Positions 31,218 to 39,316 of a DNA stretch of 64,000 bases are shown here, in pieces (position 1 is the first letter of the stretch; every line of letters begins with the position of its first letter). Source of the DNA: Planctomycetota bacterium (lineage in GTDB: Bacteria > Planctomycetota > UBA8108 > SXIK01); NCBI GenBank assembly GCA_965223845.1, contig CBDCXR010000004.1:128001-192000 (forward strand), given 5' to 3'. The notes under the pieces were generated by a model. The model saw only the letters and a program-made list of their open reading frames with translations, was not told the DNA's origin and made no database searches. The position numbers and the translations under genes were made by a program.

Positions 31218-31544
31218 ATGAAGATGGAGGAGATCGCCGAGCACGCGATGGCTACACGAGCGGGCCGGGATACCCGATTTCGGCTTTCGGCTCTTGGCCT
31301 GCTGATTCAGATCGTCGTGGTTCTTGTCATCCCGACCCTTTTCTGTGTTTTCGATTTTTTCGCCGTCGTCGGATCGGAGAGATATGGACTTCCGATCGGC
31401 GCGCTCGTGGCTGTCCTCATCTTTCTCGGGTTATTTCGGTTTGGTGGATCGCTACACCGCTGCTGGATCCGCGACAACTGCGGCAACGACATTTCGTCGA
31501 ACATGGTTCGGCTGTGCCCGGTGTGTCGTGCTGAGCTGGAGTGA
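31218..31544 (+). CDS. small 2-TM protein with C-terminal zinc ribbon (paralog 1)
   Basis: GGGGAGG RBS, two TM helices, WIRDNCGN…RLCPVC. Similar to 34759..35091. Confidence 0.75.
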   Translation: MKMEEIAEHAMATRAGRDTRFRLSALGLLIQIVVVLVIPTLFCVFDFFAVVGSERYGLPIGALVAVLIFLGLFRFGGSLHRCWIRDNCGNDISSNMVRLCPVCRAELE

Positions 31545-31630
31545 GTGGTTTGCACGTGGGGAGGTAGACAGATGCGGATTCTCGCTGTGGTGGCGATGTT
31601 GGGGCGTGTGCGGATGCGACGGGGGGCAGG

Positions 31631-31885
31631 ATGATGTCAGACGAAATCGTTCGACGAGCGTTGGGGGACGCGGCAAGCGAGCTTCTTGCAAGGCAGGTCA
31701 CCGACGTGGAAGTGTCACGCCTCTGGGTCGCACTGCTGCAATCTAAAGAGCCGACATTCGAGCTCAAAGCGCGCGAAGTTTTGCGTACGCTGAACCCAGA
31801 TCGGTATCGTTCTACAAGCGAATCGGACAATGCCGATCGCAAACTTCGAGAGCTGTTCGATCTTCTTCGGAAGCTGGAGCGTTGA
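31631..31885 (+). CDS. hypothetical protein (84 aa, helical)
   Basis: RBS-like GGGGCAGG, and its stop overlaps the next start (TTGA). Confidence 0.55.
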   Translation: MMSDEIVRRALGDAASELLARQVTDVEVSRLWVALLQSKEPTFELKAREVLRTLNPDRYRSTSESDNADRKLRELFDLLRKLER

Positions 31886-32478
31886 GCGATTTCCTGAGCG
31901 GCCTCTCGATAGGACTCGCTTTGAACATCGTTACTATATTCTTCACCCGCCGAGTGATTCGGCGGAGGGTCGAAAACTTGAAAGCTAGCACGATCGAGGC
32001 GCGAGGGAAACACCTTGAAAAAATCCAGGCGTCGCGCCGCCATTACGCGGCAGCAGCACAAGCCTGCGGACGAGCCTGTACAAGCCTGATGAATGGCATC
32101 AGGTCCAGCTCGGATGTCGAACTCATCCGACGCTTGCGCGAGGAACTGTGCGACACGTTCGGCGACCGGGTGATTCCGACGTACATTGAATACGTCGAGT
32201 GGGAACAGCTCGACCAAGAAGGATCACCCGACGAGCTTGCAGAATTCTTCGGCTCGGATGTTCCGGAGGAGTTTTCACGCTTTAGCCACTGGCTATCGGT
32301 AATGAACGATCCGACGTTTCTCTCCGGACCCATGAACTTTGCCCGGTACATCGTGACGAAACGTACGTTTCGACCACTTATCAAATGCCTGAACAAACTT
32401 CCCCGAGATATCCGGACGGCTCATCGCCTTAAGACGGAGAGCCACATCGACTTACTCGTATCGGGCACGCCGACTTGA
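31882..32478 (+). CDS. hypothetical protein with N-terminal TM helix
   Basis: TTG after GGAG, coupled to the upstream ORF, protein-like composition, lower GC. Confidence 0.65.
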   Translation: MSDFLSGLSIGLALNIVTIFFTRRVIRRRVENLKASTIEARGKHLEKIQASRRHYAAAAQACGRACTSLMNGIRSSSDVELIRRLREELCDTFGDRVIPTYIEYVEWEQLDQEGSPDELAEFFGSDVPEEFSRFSHWLSVMNDPTFLSGPMNFARYIVTKRTFRPLIKCLNKLPRDIRTAHRLKTESHIDLLVSGTPT

Positions 32479-32506
32479 TCGGCACGCCGACTTGATCGGC
32501 ACGTCG
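32464..32506 (+). repeat. 17-bp tandem repeat (GGCACGCCGACTTGATC) x2.5
   Basis: Read directly: 32464-32480, 32481-32497 and a partial third copy. Confidence 0.9.
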
Positions 32507-32687
32507 GGTTTCGTCACGTTCGCGTATCCCGCGGGCGCGCGGCGGCACGGTGAAGATATGAGCAACGACAAACGCTGTCGGGCGTTTAGAAGAGCGGAGA
32601 GCGGTGCAAGAACGGAGCAGGTGCAGCGGGCTTCTGCTGGGTCCACCTCGACGGGAGGCGCGGGGGTGCCAAGGAGAAGCTCAAAAT

Positions 32688-32999
32688 CACGACAAGCTGC
32701 TTCTCATCCTCTCAGAGCACTCCATGAAGAGCGAGTGGGTCGGAACGGAGATCTACAAGGCAAGACGGCGCGAAGCGAACGAAGATCGCCAGGTGCTCTT
32801 TCCGATCCGGCTCGTCGATTGGAAAAAAGTTCAGGGATGGGAGGCATTCGACGCGGACACCGGAAAGGACATGGCCCGCGAGATCCGCGAGTACTACGTG
32901 CCGGACGACTTCGTGAACTGGAAGGACCACGACGCGTTCGAGACTGCCTACGAGAAGCTCCTCGGCGACCTGCGAAAGGACGAGCAGCCCACCCCATGA
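32688..32999 (+). pseudogene. C-terminal half of a TIR (TIR_2) domain protein
   Basis: HDKLLLILSEHSMKSEWVGTEI…VLFPIRL…FDADTGKDMAREIREYYVPDDFVNWKDHD. The N-terminal FISY…D strand/helix is missing. Confidence 0.8.
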
Positions 33000-33379
33000 C
33001 CTGGTCCACCGGCCGAAAGATCCTGAACCTCCGCCGCGACCTCGGGATCAAACAGCAAGAGCTCGCGGAGATGGCCGGCGAACTCCGTCGGCGATGCCGA
33101 GAATCGAGAGGTTGGAGGTCGACCGCAACCCGCGGGCCGACGTTCCACGGCATCGCTCGCGCGCCGTGGGTGACGGCGGATTACCTGCTCGACGAGAGCG
33201 TGCCGTACCCTCCGCCAGCTGGCGAGGATGCTCCGAAGGTTGAGCGGCCTTGGGAGGTGGTCGAGATGCGGGTGACGGCCGAGGAGCGGGCGCACATTCG
33301 AGCTATGAAGAAGCCGCGGTGGAGGCTCTTTGGTGCGCCCGGACGGTTATGGCTGGTGGGGAGCGGGATTGATCGGTGA
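32996..33379 (+). pseudogene. XRE-family HTH regulator, internally frameshifted
   Basis: GRKILNLRRDLGIKQQELAEMAG…IARA.WVTADYLLDE. The recognition helix TPSAMPRIER lies in another frame. ATG overlaps the TIR stop. Confidence 0.7.
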
Positions 33380-33518
33380 TGTCCGAGCTATTAGGAGGAG
33401 AGGATCGAGCACTGGGCGAGACGAAGAAGCCGAACGGCGATCGAGATGAACTCCGCGAGGAAATTCGAAGAGCCGTTCACAGTTCGCGTCGCGAAGCTCA
33501 AAGCTTGAAGGAGGCAAG

Positions 33519-34649
33519 ATGTCGGCAAGGGCGTCTCTGACCGTCGCGATCGTCGCTCTGAGTTGCTCGGTTTTTGCGGTCTACCTGGTATTTGAAGATC
33601 GCGACACCCGCCGAGGCGACATGGAGCTCGGGAGTCTGAGGGAGGAAGTCGATAGCCGGCTTGCGGGGATAGAGCAACGGCTCGCGCAGCTTGTGGATTC
33701 GCTCGAGGAGGACAAGGCGCGAGGCGAGCGTACCGCACGAATCGATGCCGGCGAATCTGAGGATTCTGCGGATGTCATCTCGACGCTCGCCCGGTTGGAA
33801 GCTCGAATTCGGAACCTCGAACTGCGCGCAACTGCGAATGACGAAGATCCTATCGCGCGGGGCTTCGCATATTTAAATTCAGAAGACGCAAGCGTTCGGA
33901 AGCGAGGGGTCAATCTGCTCAGAAAGTTCGGCCGCGGAGACCAGGATGTGATCGCCGTTCTCCGGCAAGCTCTCGATGACGGTGATGCCGCGGTCAGGAA
34001 GGAGGCGCTCGAAGGCCTGAAGGATGCCGGAGACGACGAAGCGATTCCGCGAATCGCCGAGCTTTTGAAGGATCCAGACTCCGGGGTTCGCGAAAAGGCG
34101 ACAGAGGCCCTCGCTGCGCTGCTGGAGAATCCCACTGCGATGGCTCAAAACTCGACGATCCCGCAGTCCATTTCAGAACTTCTCGCAGACGAGAGCGACA
34201 AGGTTCGTGTCGCGGCTGCAGATGCTCTTGGAGAACTCGGCTCGGCATCGTCTGTTCCAGCTCTAGTCGACACGCTTCGGGACCCCGCAACCGACGTTCG
34301 AGAGGAAGTCATTGAGTCGTTGGTCCAGCTCGAGGCTCGTTCGGCGATTCCTGAGTTGCAGGCTCTCTACGATACTGCGGTCGCCGAGATCGAACGCGAA
34401 CACAGTCTTCGCCTCGCTGCAGCGCTGAAAGAACTGGGTGAGGGCGAACCGCTGCGAATGGAGGTCGAGCGGTTGGCTCGGCAGGCAGCGAATGGCGCCG
34501 ACGCCGAATCGCGAGAGCGGGCCATACGGACGCTCGCTTGGCTCAAGGCCGAGAACCAGGTTGGCGTGTACGAGCAAGCTTTGAACGACCCCGACGAAGG
34601 TGTTCGTAGGGCTGCTCGAGCGGCGCTCTCCGGAGGCAGCCAAGATTGA
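33519..34649 (+). CDS. membrane-anchored HEAT-repeat protein
   Basis: GGAGG RBS, N-terminal TM helix, coiled coil, repeated L.D.D..VR..A..AL HEAT units. Confidence 0.88.
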   Translation: MSARASLTVAIVALSCSVFAVYLVFEDRDTRRGDMELGSLREEVDSRLAGIEQRLAQLVDSLEEDKARGERTARIDAGESEDSADVISTLARLEARIRNLELRATANDEDPIARGFAYLNSEDASVRKRGVNLLRKFGRGDQDVIAVLRQALDDGDAAVRKEALEGLKDAGDDEAIPRIAELLKDPDSGVREKATEALAALLENPTAMAQNSTIPQSISELLADESDKVRVAAADALGELGSASSVPALVDTLRDPATDVREEVIESLVQLEARSAIPELQALYDTAVAEIEREHSLRLAAALKELGEGEPLRMEVERLARQAANGADAESRERAIRTLAWLKAENQVGVYEQALNDPDEGVRRAARAALSGGSQD

Positions 34650-34660
34650 TTCTCTGGTCC

Positions 34661-34710
34661 CCACGCTCACGACTGACCAACCCCGCCGACTTTGCCGACG
34701 GGGTTTTTGT
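34661..34710 (+). terminator. terminator-like hairpin, copy 1 of a ~50-bp repeated element
   Basis: CCCCGCCG…CGACGGGG followed by TTTTT, preceded by CCACGCTCACGACTG. Confidence 0.55.
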
Positions 34711-34758
34711 GCGATGGGCTGGATCGTCAATCTAGTGTATAGTAACTAGGCGATACTG

Positions 34759-35091
34759 ATGGACTTAGGGGCGAGTGGATCGGGCGAGAGGGGGGACGAG
34801 CATGTGGCCAGACGAGTGATGCGCCGAAAGCTCACGGCGCTCGGATTGTCGATGCAGCTCGCGGCGGTCTTTCTCGTCCCCGCAGCGCTTTGGATCGCGC
34901 TGGATGCCGCAATTCTCGGCCCGGAGCGCTACGCGAGGCCGGTCGGCGGATTCGTCGCGGCGCTCGCGTCGATCGGCCTATTCGTCTGCGGTTGGTCCTT
35001 CCACCGCGGCTGGGCCTGCAGCAACTGCGGGAACTTCGTGCCGTCCAACCTCGTACGAATCTGCCGTGACTGCGGGGCGAAACTTGATTAG
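34759..35091 (+). CDS. small 2-TM protein with C-terminal zinc ribbon (paralog 2)
   Basis: Two TM helices, WACSNCGN…RICRDC. Similar to 31218..31544. Confidence 0.75.
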   Translation: MDLGASGSGERGDEHVARRVMRRKLTALGLSMQLAAVFLVPAALWIALDAAILGPERYARPVGGFVAALASIGLFVCGWSFHRGWACSNCGNFVPSNLVRICRDCGAKLD

Positions 35092-35167
35092 CTCCTGTTG
35101 CCTCCCCGAAATGGCTCAGATAGGATCGGCAATGGATTCTGGCGCGCCCCTTGCGACGCGCTCCTAG

Positions 35168-35219
35168 CCACGCCCACAACTGCCCCACCCCCGCCGGGTT
35201 CGCTCGGCGGGGGTTTTGT
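35168..35219 (+). terminator. terminator-like hairpin, copy 2 of the ~50-bp repeated element
   Basis: CCCCCGCCGGG…CTCGGCGGGGG followed by TTTT, preceded by CCACGCCCACAACTG. Confidence 0.6.
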
Positions 35220-35452
35220 CTCGGAGGTGAGCCGGCGAATCCTGAGCATGCCGCCAAGCTGAAGGAGTGGTGGCGACTTGAAGTCGGCGGCGGGCGAATC
35301 CCGAGATTCGACCGACGCAAAAGGGGTGGATCGTAACGCCGGAGGTCCCCAGTCGTCGAAGCATGTGGACGCTGGTTTTCGCCGTTCCCTTGGCGAACTA
35401 GACGGAGTCGCCACGCCAGCGCTTTTGCCGAGACCGAGAGCGACCGAAACGC

Positions 35453-35638
35453 ATGGTTGAGCGAGCGACGCCGCAGACGCACACGAGAATCGGCGAGCGC
35501 CTTCGGATGTGCCTCGGTTGTCTTCTGCTCCCGGTGACGTTGCTACTCGGTTTGGTGCTCCCGCCCTTTCGCTCGGCGTCGAATCGCCCCTTCAGACGCA
35601 CCGGGAGCGGGAAGCGAACGCCGGCCGACGACGCCTAG
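35453..35638 (+). CDS. possible small single-TM protein
   Basis: 61-aa ORF with hydrophobic stretch CLGCLLLPVTLLLGLVLPPF and no other support. Confidence 0.3.
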   Translation: MVERATPQTHTRIGERLRMCLGCLLLPVTLLLGLVLPPFRSASNRPFRRTGSGKRTPADDA

Positions 35639-35746
35639 TCTCGGCGACTCTTCTTCGCGTGGAGGACGGAGAGCGCGCCGGATCCCCGAGCTGGCCGGAC
35701 GCGTGTATCGGTCCGAGGAACGCAACCGGCGCGAGCGTCGAACCTC

Positions 35747-38700
35747 TTAGGTCGCCGACTCGAGCTCCGGCACAACCTCGGACTCTTCAGCGTCTTCGTC
35801 CGGGCCCGCATCCGGTGAGGCGGCCGACGCCTTGAGCGCAGCGAGACGACCTGCGGCCCCTCCGAGCGCCATCGGCTTTACCGTCTCGGAATCGCTCGCG
35901 CCACCGGCGGCGCTTTCGTCGGTCGGCGCGACCTCCGGGCTCGCGACGTCGTCGCCGCTAGTGTCGGGCGCGGCGCTTTCGCCCGAATCGTCCGAAGCAG
36001 CAGGAGTGTCCTCACCCGAACTCGCGGCGCTGGCGGAAGTGCTCGTATCGCCACCCGCGCGGAGCGCGGCGAGTCGACCGGCGGCGCCGCCGAGCATCGC
36101 CGGTTGGACGGTCTCCGCGTCGCTCTTTCCCGGAGTCACCTCGCTCGCCGGAGCGGGCTCGTTCTCGTCGTCGCTGTCCTTGCCGGCGGTCGGCGGCGAG
36201 GCCGCGGCGCCGCCGGTCTGACGCAGAGCTGCCAGACGACCGGCTGCTCCGCCCAGCGCCATCGTTTTTGTGGTTTCTGCGTCGCTTGCACCATTCGCGG
36301 CGGGTTCGGTCGTCTCGCCGTCTGCGCCGTCTGCGCCGGCGCTCGCCGGTTCGGTCGATTCGCCCGTCGTCGGTGATCCTCCGGGCGAGCCTCCCGCGCG
36401 GAGCGCCGCCAGTTTTCCGGCCGCCCCTCCGAGTGCCATCGGCTTCACGCTCTCGGCGTCACCGCCGGAGGCCGGTGCGGAGTCCTCTCCGTCCGCGCTC
36501 GCCGCCGGGGGCGGAGCGCTTTGGCTCTCGCCGCCACCCGCGCGGAGCGCGGCGAGTCGACTCGCCGCGCCGCCGAGCTTCACCTTCGCGACGCCGTCGC
36601 CGCCCTCTCCGCCGAGTGATTTGAGTGCCGAGCTGAGCGCCTCGTTCGTAGCCGGCTCGGGAGGCGCCGCACCGGCCGAAGCACCGCTCGCCGGAGGGGC
36701 ATCGCCTCCTTTCAGAGACCGAAGCTTCGACGTGATGTTGCCCACCTTGGTCGTCACGGTCCGGCCGCCGGGCGATCCGCTGCTCGCGGTAACCATCGGG
36801 GCGCTCGTCTCGCCGTCGCCCGACTTCAGGCGCTTCAGGCGAGCCATGCTCTTCGAAACCGTCGTCGTGACAGGGGACGGAGATGCGAACGCCTCCTTCG
36901 TTCCCGTGAACGATTCGACGACCGGCTCGGACACCGCGGCCGGTGCCGGAGTCGGTGCCGGCGGATTCAGCTTCGCTTCGATCTTGTCGAGTAGGGCGGT
37001 CGCTTCCGAGTTCCCCGACTCGAGCGCGACGAGGTGGTCGATCGCGCTCCGGCAGAGACCGAAATTGAGGTTCTCGAAGTGGATCTTCGCGGCCTTGAGG
37101 TATTGCTCGATCGCGCGTCGTTGATCACCCGAATCACGCGAGAGGTGGCCGAGTTTCGTCACGATCTCGGCGTCATTCGGTCGAAGCGCGAGCGCCTGCC
37201 GACACGACTCTTCGGCCTCTTGAACGTTCCCGGCCGCGAGATCGAGGAGCGCGATCTCTTTGCTCGACTCAGCGGCGAGATCGTCTTTGCCCTGTGCCTT
37301 GAGGAGCTCCACTTGAGTGCGGCGTGTTTCGAGATCGAAGGGCGAACTCTTGAGCACGTAGTCGAGCGCCTTCTGCGCCCGATCGAACTCTTCTCGCCGG
37401 AGCGCGATGTTTGCGAGGCTGCGGAGCTCGCGCCGAGCCTCGTCCGTCCGGCCGAGCTTCTCGAGGACGGATGCGAGACCCCAGCGGTGCTCGACGTCCT
37501 CGTCGACGCTGACGAGCTTCTGGTAGACGAACTCGGCCTCCCCGAGGCTGTTCTCTCGTTCGAGGCTGCCGATCCACTGCCGGAACTGCGCGACCGCACG
37601 ATCCTTCTCTCCGCGGGCGAGAAAGTGCTCGGCGAGCCACTGGTTCGACCGACTGTCGGTCGGCGACAGCTCGCACACGATCTCGTGCAGCATGATGACC
37701 GTCTCGGGATCGGACACTCCCTTGGCCGCCGGGAGACTGAGGAGCGTCTGGGCGTGCTCGAGCGCCTTCCGGCGATTCCCATGCTTACGGTGAAGGTCGA
37801 GAAGCTTCAGGCGCACGTCGACGGAATCGTCGCCGTCGCAGTACATCTTCTGGTAGACCTCGAGCGTCGCCTCGACGTCCTTCTGTTCTTCGAGGAGACC
37901 GACGAGAACCGCGCGCTCCCGCGCTGCGATCTCGGGATCGCCGAGTTGTTCCGCGACAGCCACAATGCGCTGCTGGAGCGTGACCGGGAGCTCGTCCTCG
38001 ACTTGATCGCGTACCTCGACGAGAAGCTCGAAGGCGGTCGTGGGGCTCTCCGTCTCCGCAGCGAGCGCGAGGACTTGTTCGACCGCCTCTTCGCTTTGTC
38101 CACTCCCGATGAGGAGCTCGACGTAGCGCCGGCGAAGCGCATCGTTCTCCGGGTTGAGCTCCACGGCCGAACCCAGGCTCCGAATCGCGTCCTCCATGCG
38201 AAGCTGGCTCGCGCACTTTTCGCTGAATGCGACGAACCAGTAGGTCGCCTCCGGTACGTTGTTTAGCGCCCGGTAGGTCTCGGCGAGCTTCAGCTTCAGA
38301 TCGAAGTCGTCGAGGCCGCGCTGATGCGCACGGCGGAAGAGACGGCACGCCTTGTTCAAACGATCGCTCGAGGAAGCGTCGACTCCGAGCTGGAACATCT
38401 GCACGGGGTTGATGAGCTCGAGCTGATTCGCGTCGACGAGTCGATTGACGATACGGAGCGCGAGAAACTTGTCGATTCCGGCCTCGTTGACGACTTCCTC
38501 GACGTCGCGCACCCCATCTACGACGGAAACGACCGCGTGTTCGTCGGGGTACTTCTCCGCCTCCTCGAAGAATCGCATGCTGTTCGGCGTCGCGTAATAG
38601 ACGTCGAAGAGGATTCCAAAGTGGCGCTCAACGAGATCCCAGCGATCCACACGGCGGGCGGCTTCGAGGAAGATCTCCTCGGCGTCCATGTACACTTCGA

Positions 38701-39139
38701 GGTGCTCACTGACCTCCGAGTGGAAACCCTCGACGCGCTGATCTTCTTCGTGATCGACGAAGCCGACGTCTGCGGTGTCGCCTTGGAAGCAAGCGCAGAC
38801 CTCTTCGATGATTCGAGTCTGCACGTTCTCGGCAACGAGCTCGCCCGGTGCGAGATCGAGCGCGAACAGCGCCGATCCTCGTCCCATCCCCGACTTCGCG
38901 GCGGCCTTGTTCGCTTTCTTGATGTGCTTCTCAGTGAAGAGCTCAGTGTCGAGAAGCGCTGCTTCGAGGACTCCGACTTCACGCCCCGTGTCGACATCAG
39001 CCACGTAACCTTGGACGAGGACGATCTGACTCACGAGTTCGTCGGCGTGCACTACGGCGAACGTGCCCGTGCGTTTTTCGCGGACGGTCGAGAGAAACGC
39101 GTCCGAGAGCGCTTCGATGCTCATGGGGGATGGATTCAT
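35747..39139 (-). CDS. DUF4388(PATAN-like)-TPR protein with a disordered C-terminal tail carrying repeated helical motifs
   Basis: REKRTGTFAV…IFLEAARRVDRW…VDGVRDVEEVV (DUF4388 plus wHTH), many TPRs, Ala/Ser/Gly/Pro/Glu tail with five LGGAA(G/S)(R/K)LAAL(R/K) motifs. Confidence 0.85.
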   Translation of the reverse strand: MNPSPMSIEALSDAFLSTVREKRTGTFAVVHADELVSQIVLVQGYVADVDTGREVGVLEAALLDTELFTEKHIKKANKAAAKSGMGRGSALFALDLAPGELVAENVQTRIIEEVCACFQGDTADVGFVDHEEDQRVEGFHSEVSEHLEVYMDAEEIFLEAARRVDRWDLVERHFGILFDVYYATPNSMRFFEEAEKYPDEHAVVSVVDGVRDVEEVVNEAGIDKFLALRIVNRLVDANQLELINPVQMFQLGVDASSSDRLNKACRLFRRAHQRGLDDFDLKLKLAETYRALNNVPEATYWFVAFSEKCASQLRMEDAIRSLGSAVELNPENDALRRRYVELLIGSGQSEEAVEQVLALAAETESPTTAFELLVEVRDQVEDELPVTLQQRIVAVAEQLGDPEIAARERAVLVGLLEEQKDVEATLEVYQKMYCDGDDSVDVRLKLLDLHRKHGNRRKALEHAQTLLSLPAAKGVSDPETVIMLHEIVCELSPTDSRSNQWLAEHFLARGEKDRAVAQFRQWIGSLERENSLGEAEFVYQKLVSVDEDVEHRWGLASVLEKLGRTDEARRELRSLANIALRREEFDRAQKALDYVLKSSPFDLETRRTQVELLKAQGKDDLAAESSKEIALLDLAAGNVQEAEESCRQALALRPNDAEIVTKLGHLSRDSGDQRRAIEQYLKAAKIHFENLNFGLCRSAIDHLVALESGNSEATALLDKIEAKLNPPAPTPAPAAVSEPVVESFTGTKEAFASPSPVTTTVSKSMARLKRLKSGDGETSAPMVTASSGSPGGRTVTTKVGNITSKLRSLKGGDAPPASGASAGAAPPEPATNEALSSALKSLGGEGGDGVAKVKLGGAASRLAALRAGGGESQSAPPPAASADGEDSAPASGGDAESVKPMALGGAAGKLAALRAGGSPGGSPTTGESTEPASAGADGADGETTEPAANGASDAETTKTMALGGAAGRLAALRQTGGAAASPPTAGKDSDDENEPAPASEVTPGKSDAETVQPAMLGGAAGRLAALRAGGDTSTSASAASSGEDTPAASDDSGESAAPDTSGDDVASPEVAPTDESAAGGASDSETVKPMALGGAAGRLAALKASAASPDAGPDEDAEESEVVPELESAT

Positions 39140-39316
39140 GAATCGCCGGGAGGGGGAGCACGTCGACGCGCTCCGGGAGGAGGGATTGCGTTTCGGGACG
39201 CGAGCCCGAGAACGTCCGCACGAAGAGAGTGCGGGCCTCGAAGAATACCATCCGTTCGGAGAAGCGAGCGCCGGGGGGCGGTGCGATCGGCTCGAGCGCC
39301 CGGTAACGGAAGAGCT

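Larger units (their letters stand above)
29141..35700. mobile_element. degraded tRNA-Arg-anchored genomic island (integrative element remnant, no integrase seen; right border approximate)
   Basis: Starts right after the tRNA 3' end. Visibly more AT-rich, with arm-type-like repeats, an excisionase-like HTH, several pseudogenes and low coding density. Confidence 0.7.

Noticed and set aside
32464-32506. CRISPR array
   Set aside because: The repeats are contiguous 17-mers without spacers, and there are no cas genes in the window.
31018-35219. Classical integron with attC sites
   Set aside because: No IntI gene is present, and the hairpins lack a consistent RYYYAAC…GTTRRRY box arrangement after each gene.
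35687-35705. CGAGCTGGCCGGACGCGTG as a possible attR copy of the tRNA-Arg 3' end (CGAGCCCTGCCGGGCGTG)
   Set aside because: Too many mismatches and indels for GC-rich DNA, so it could be chance. It is not used to define the island border.
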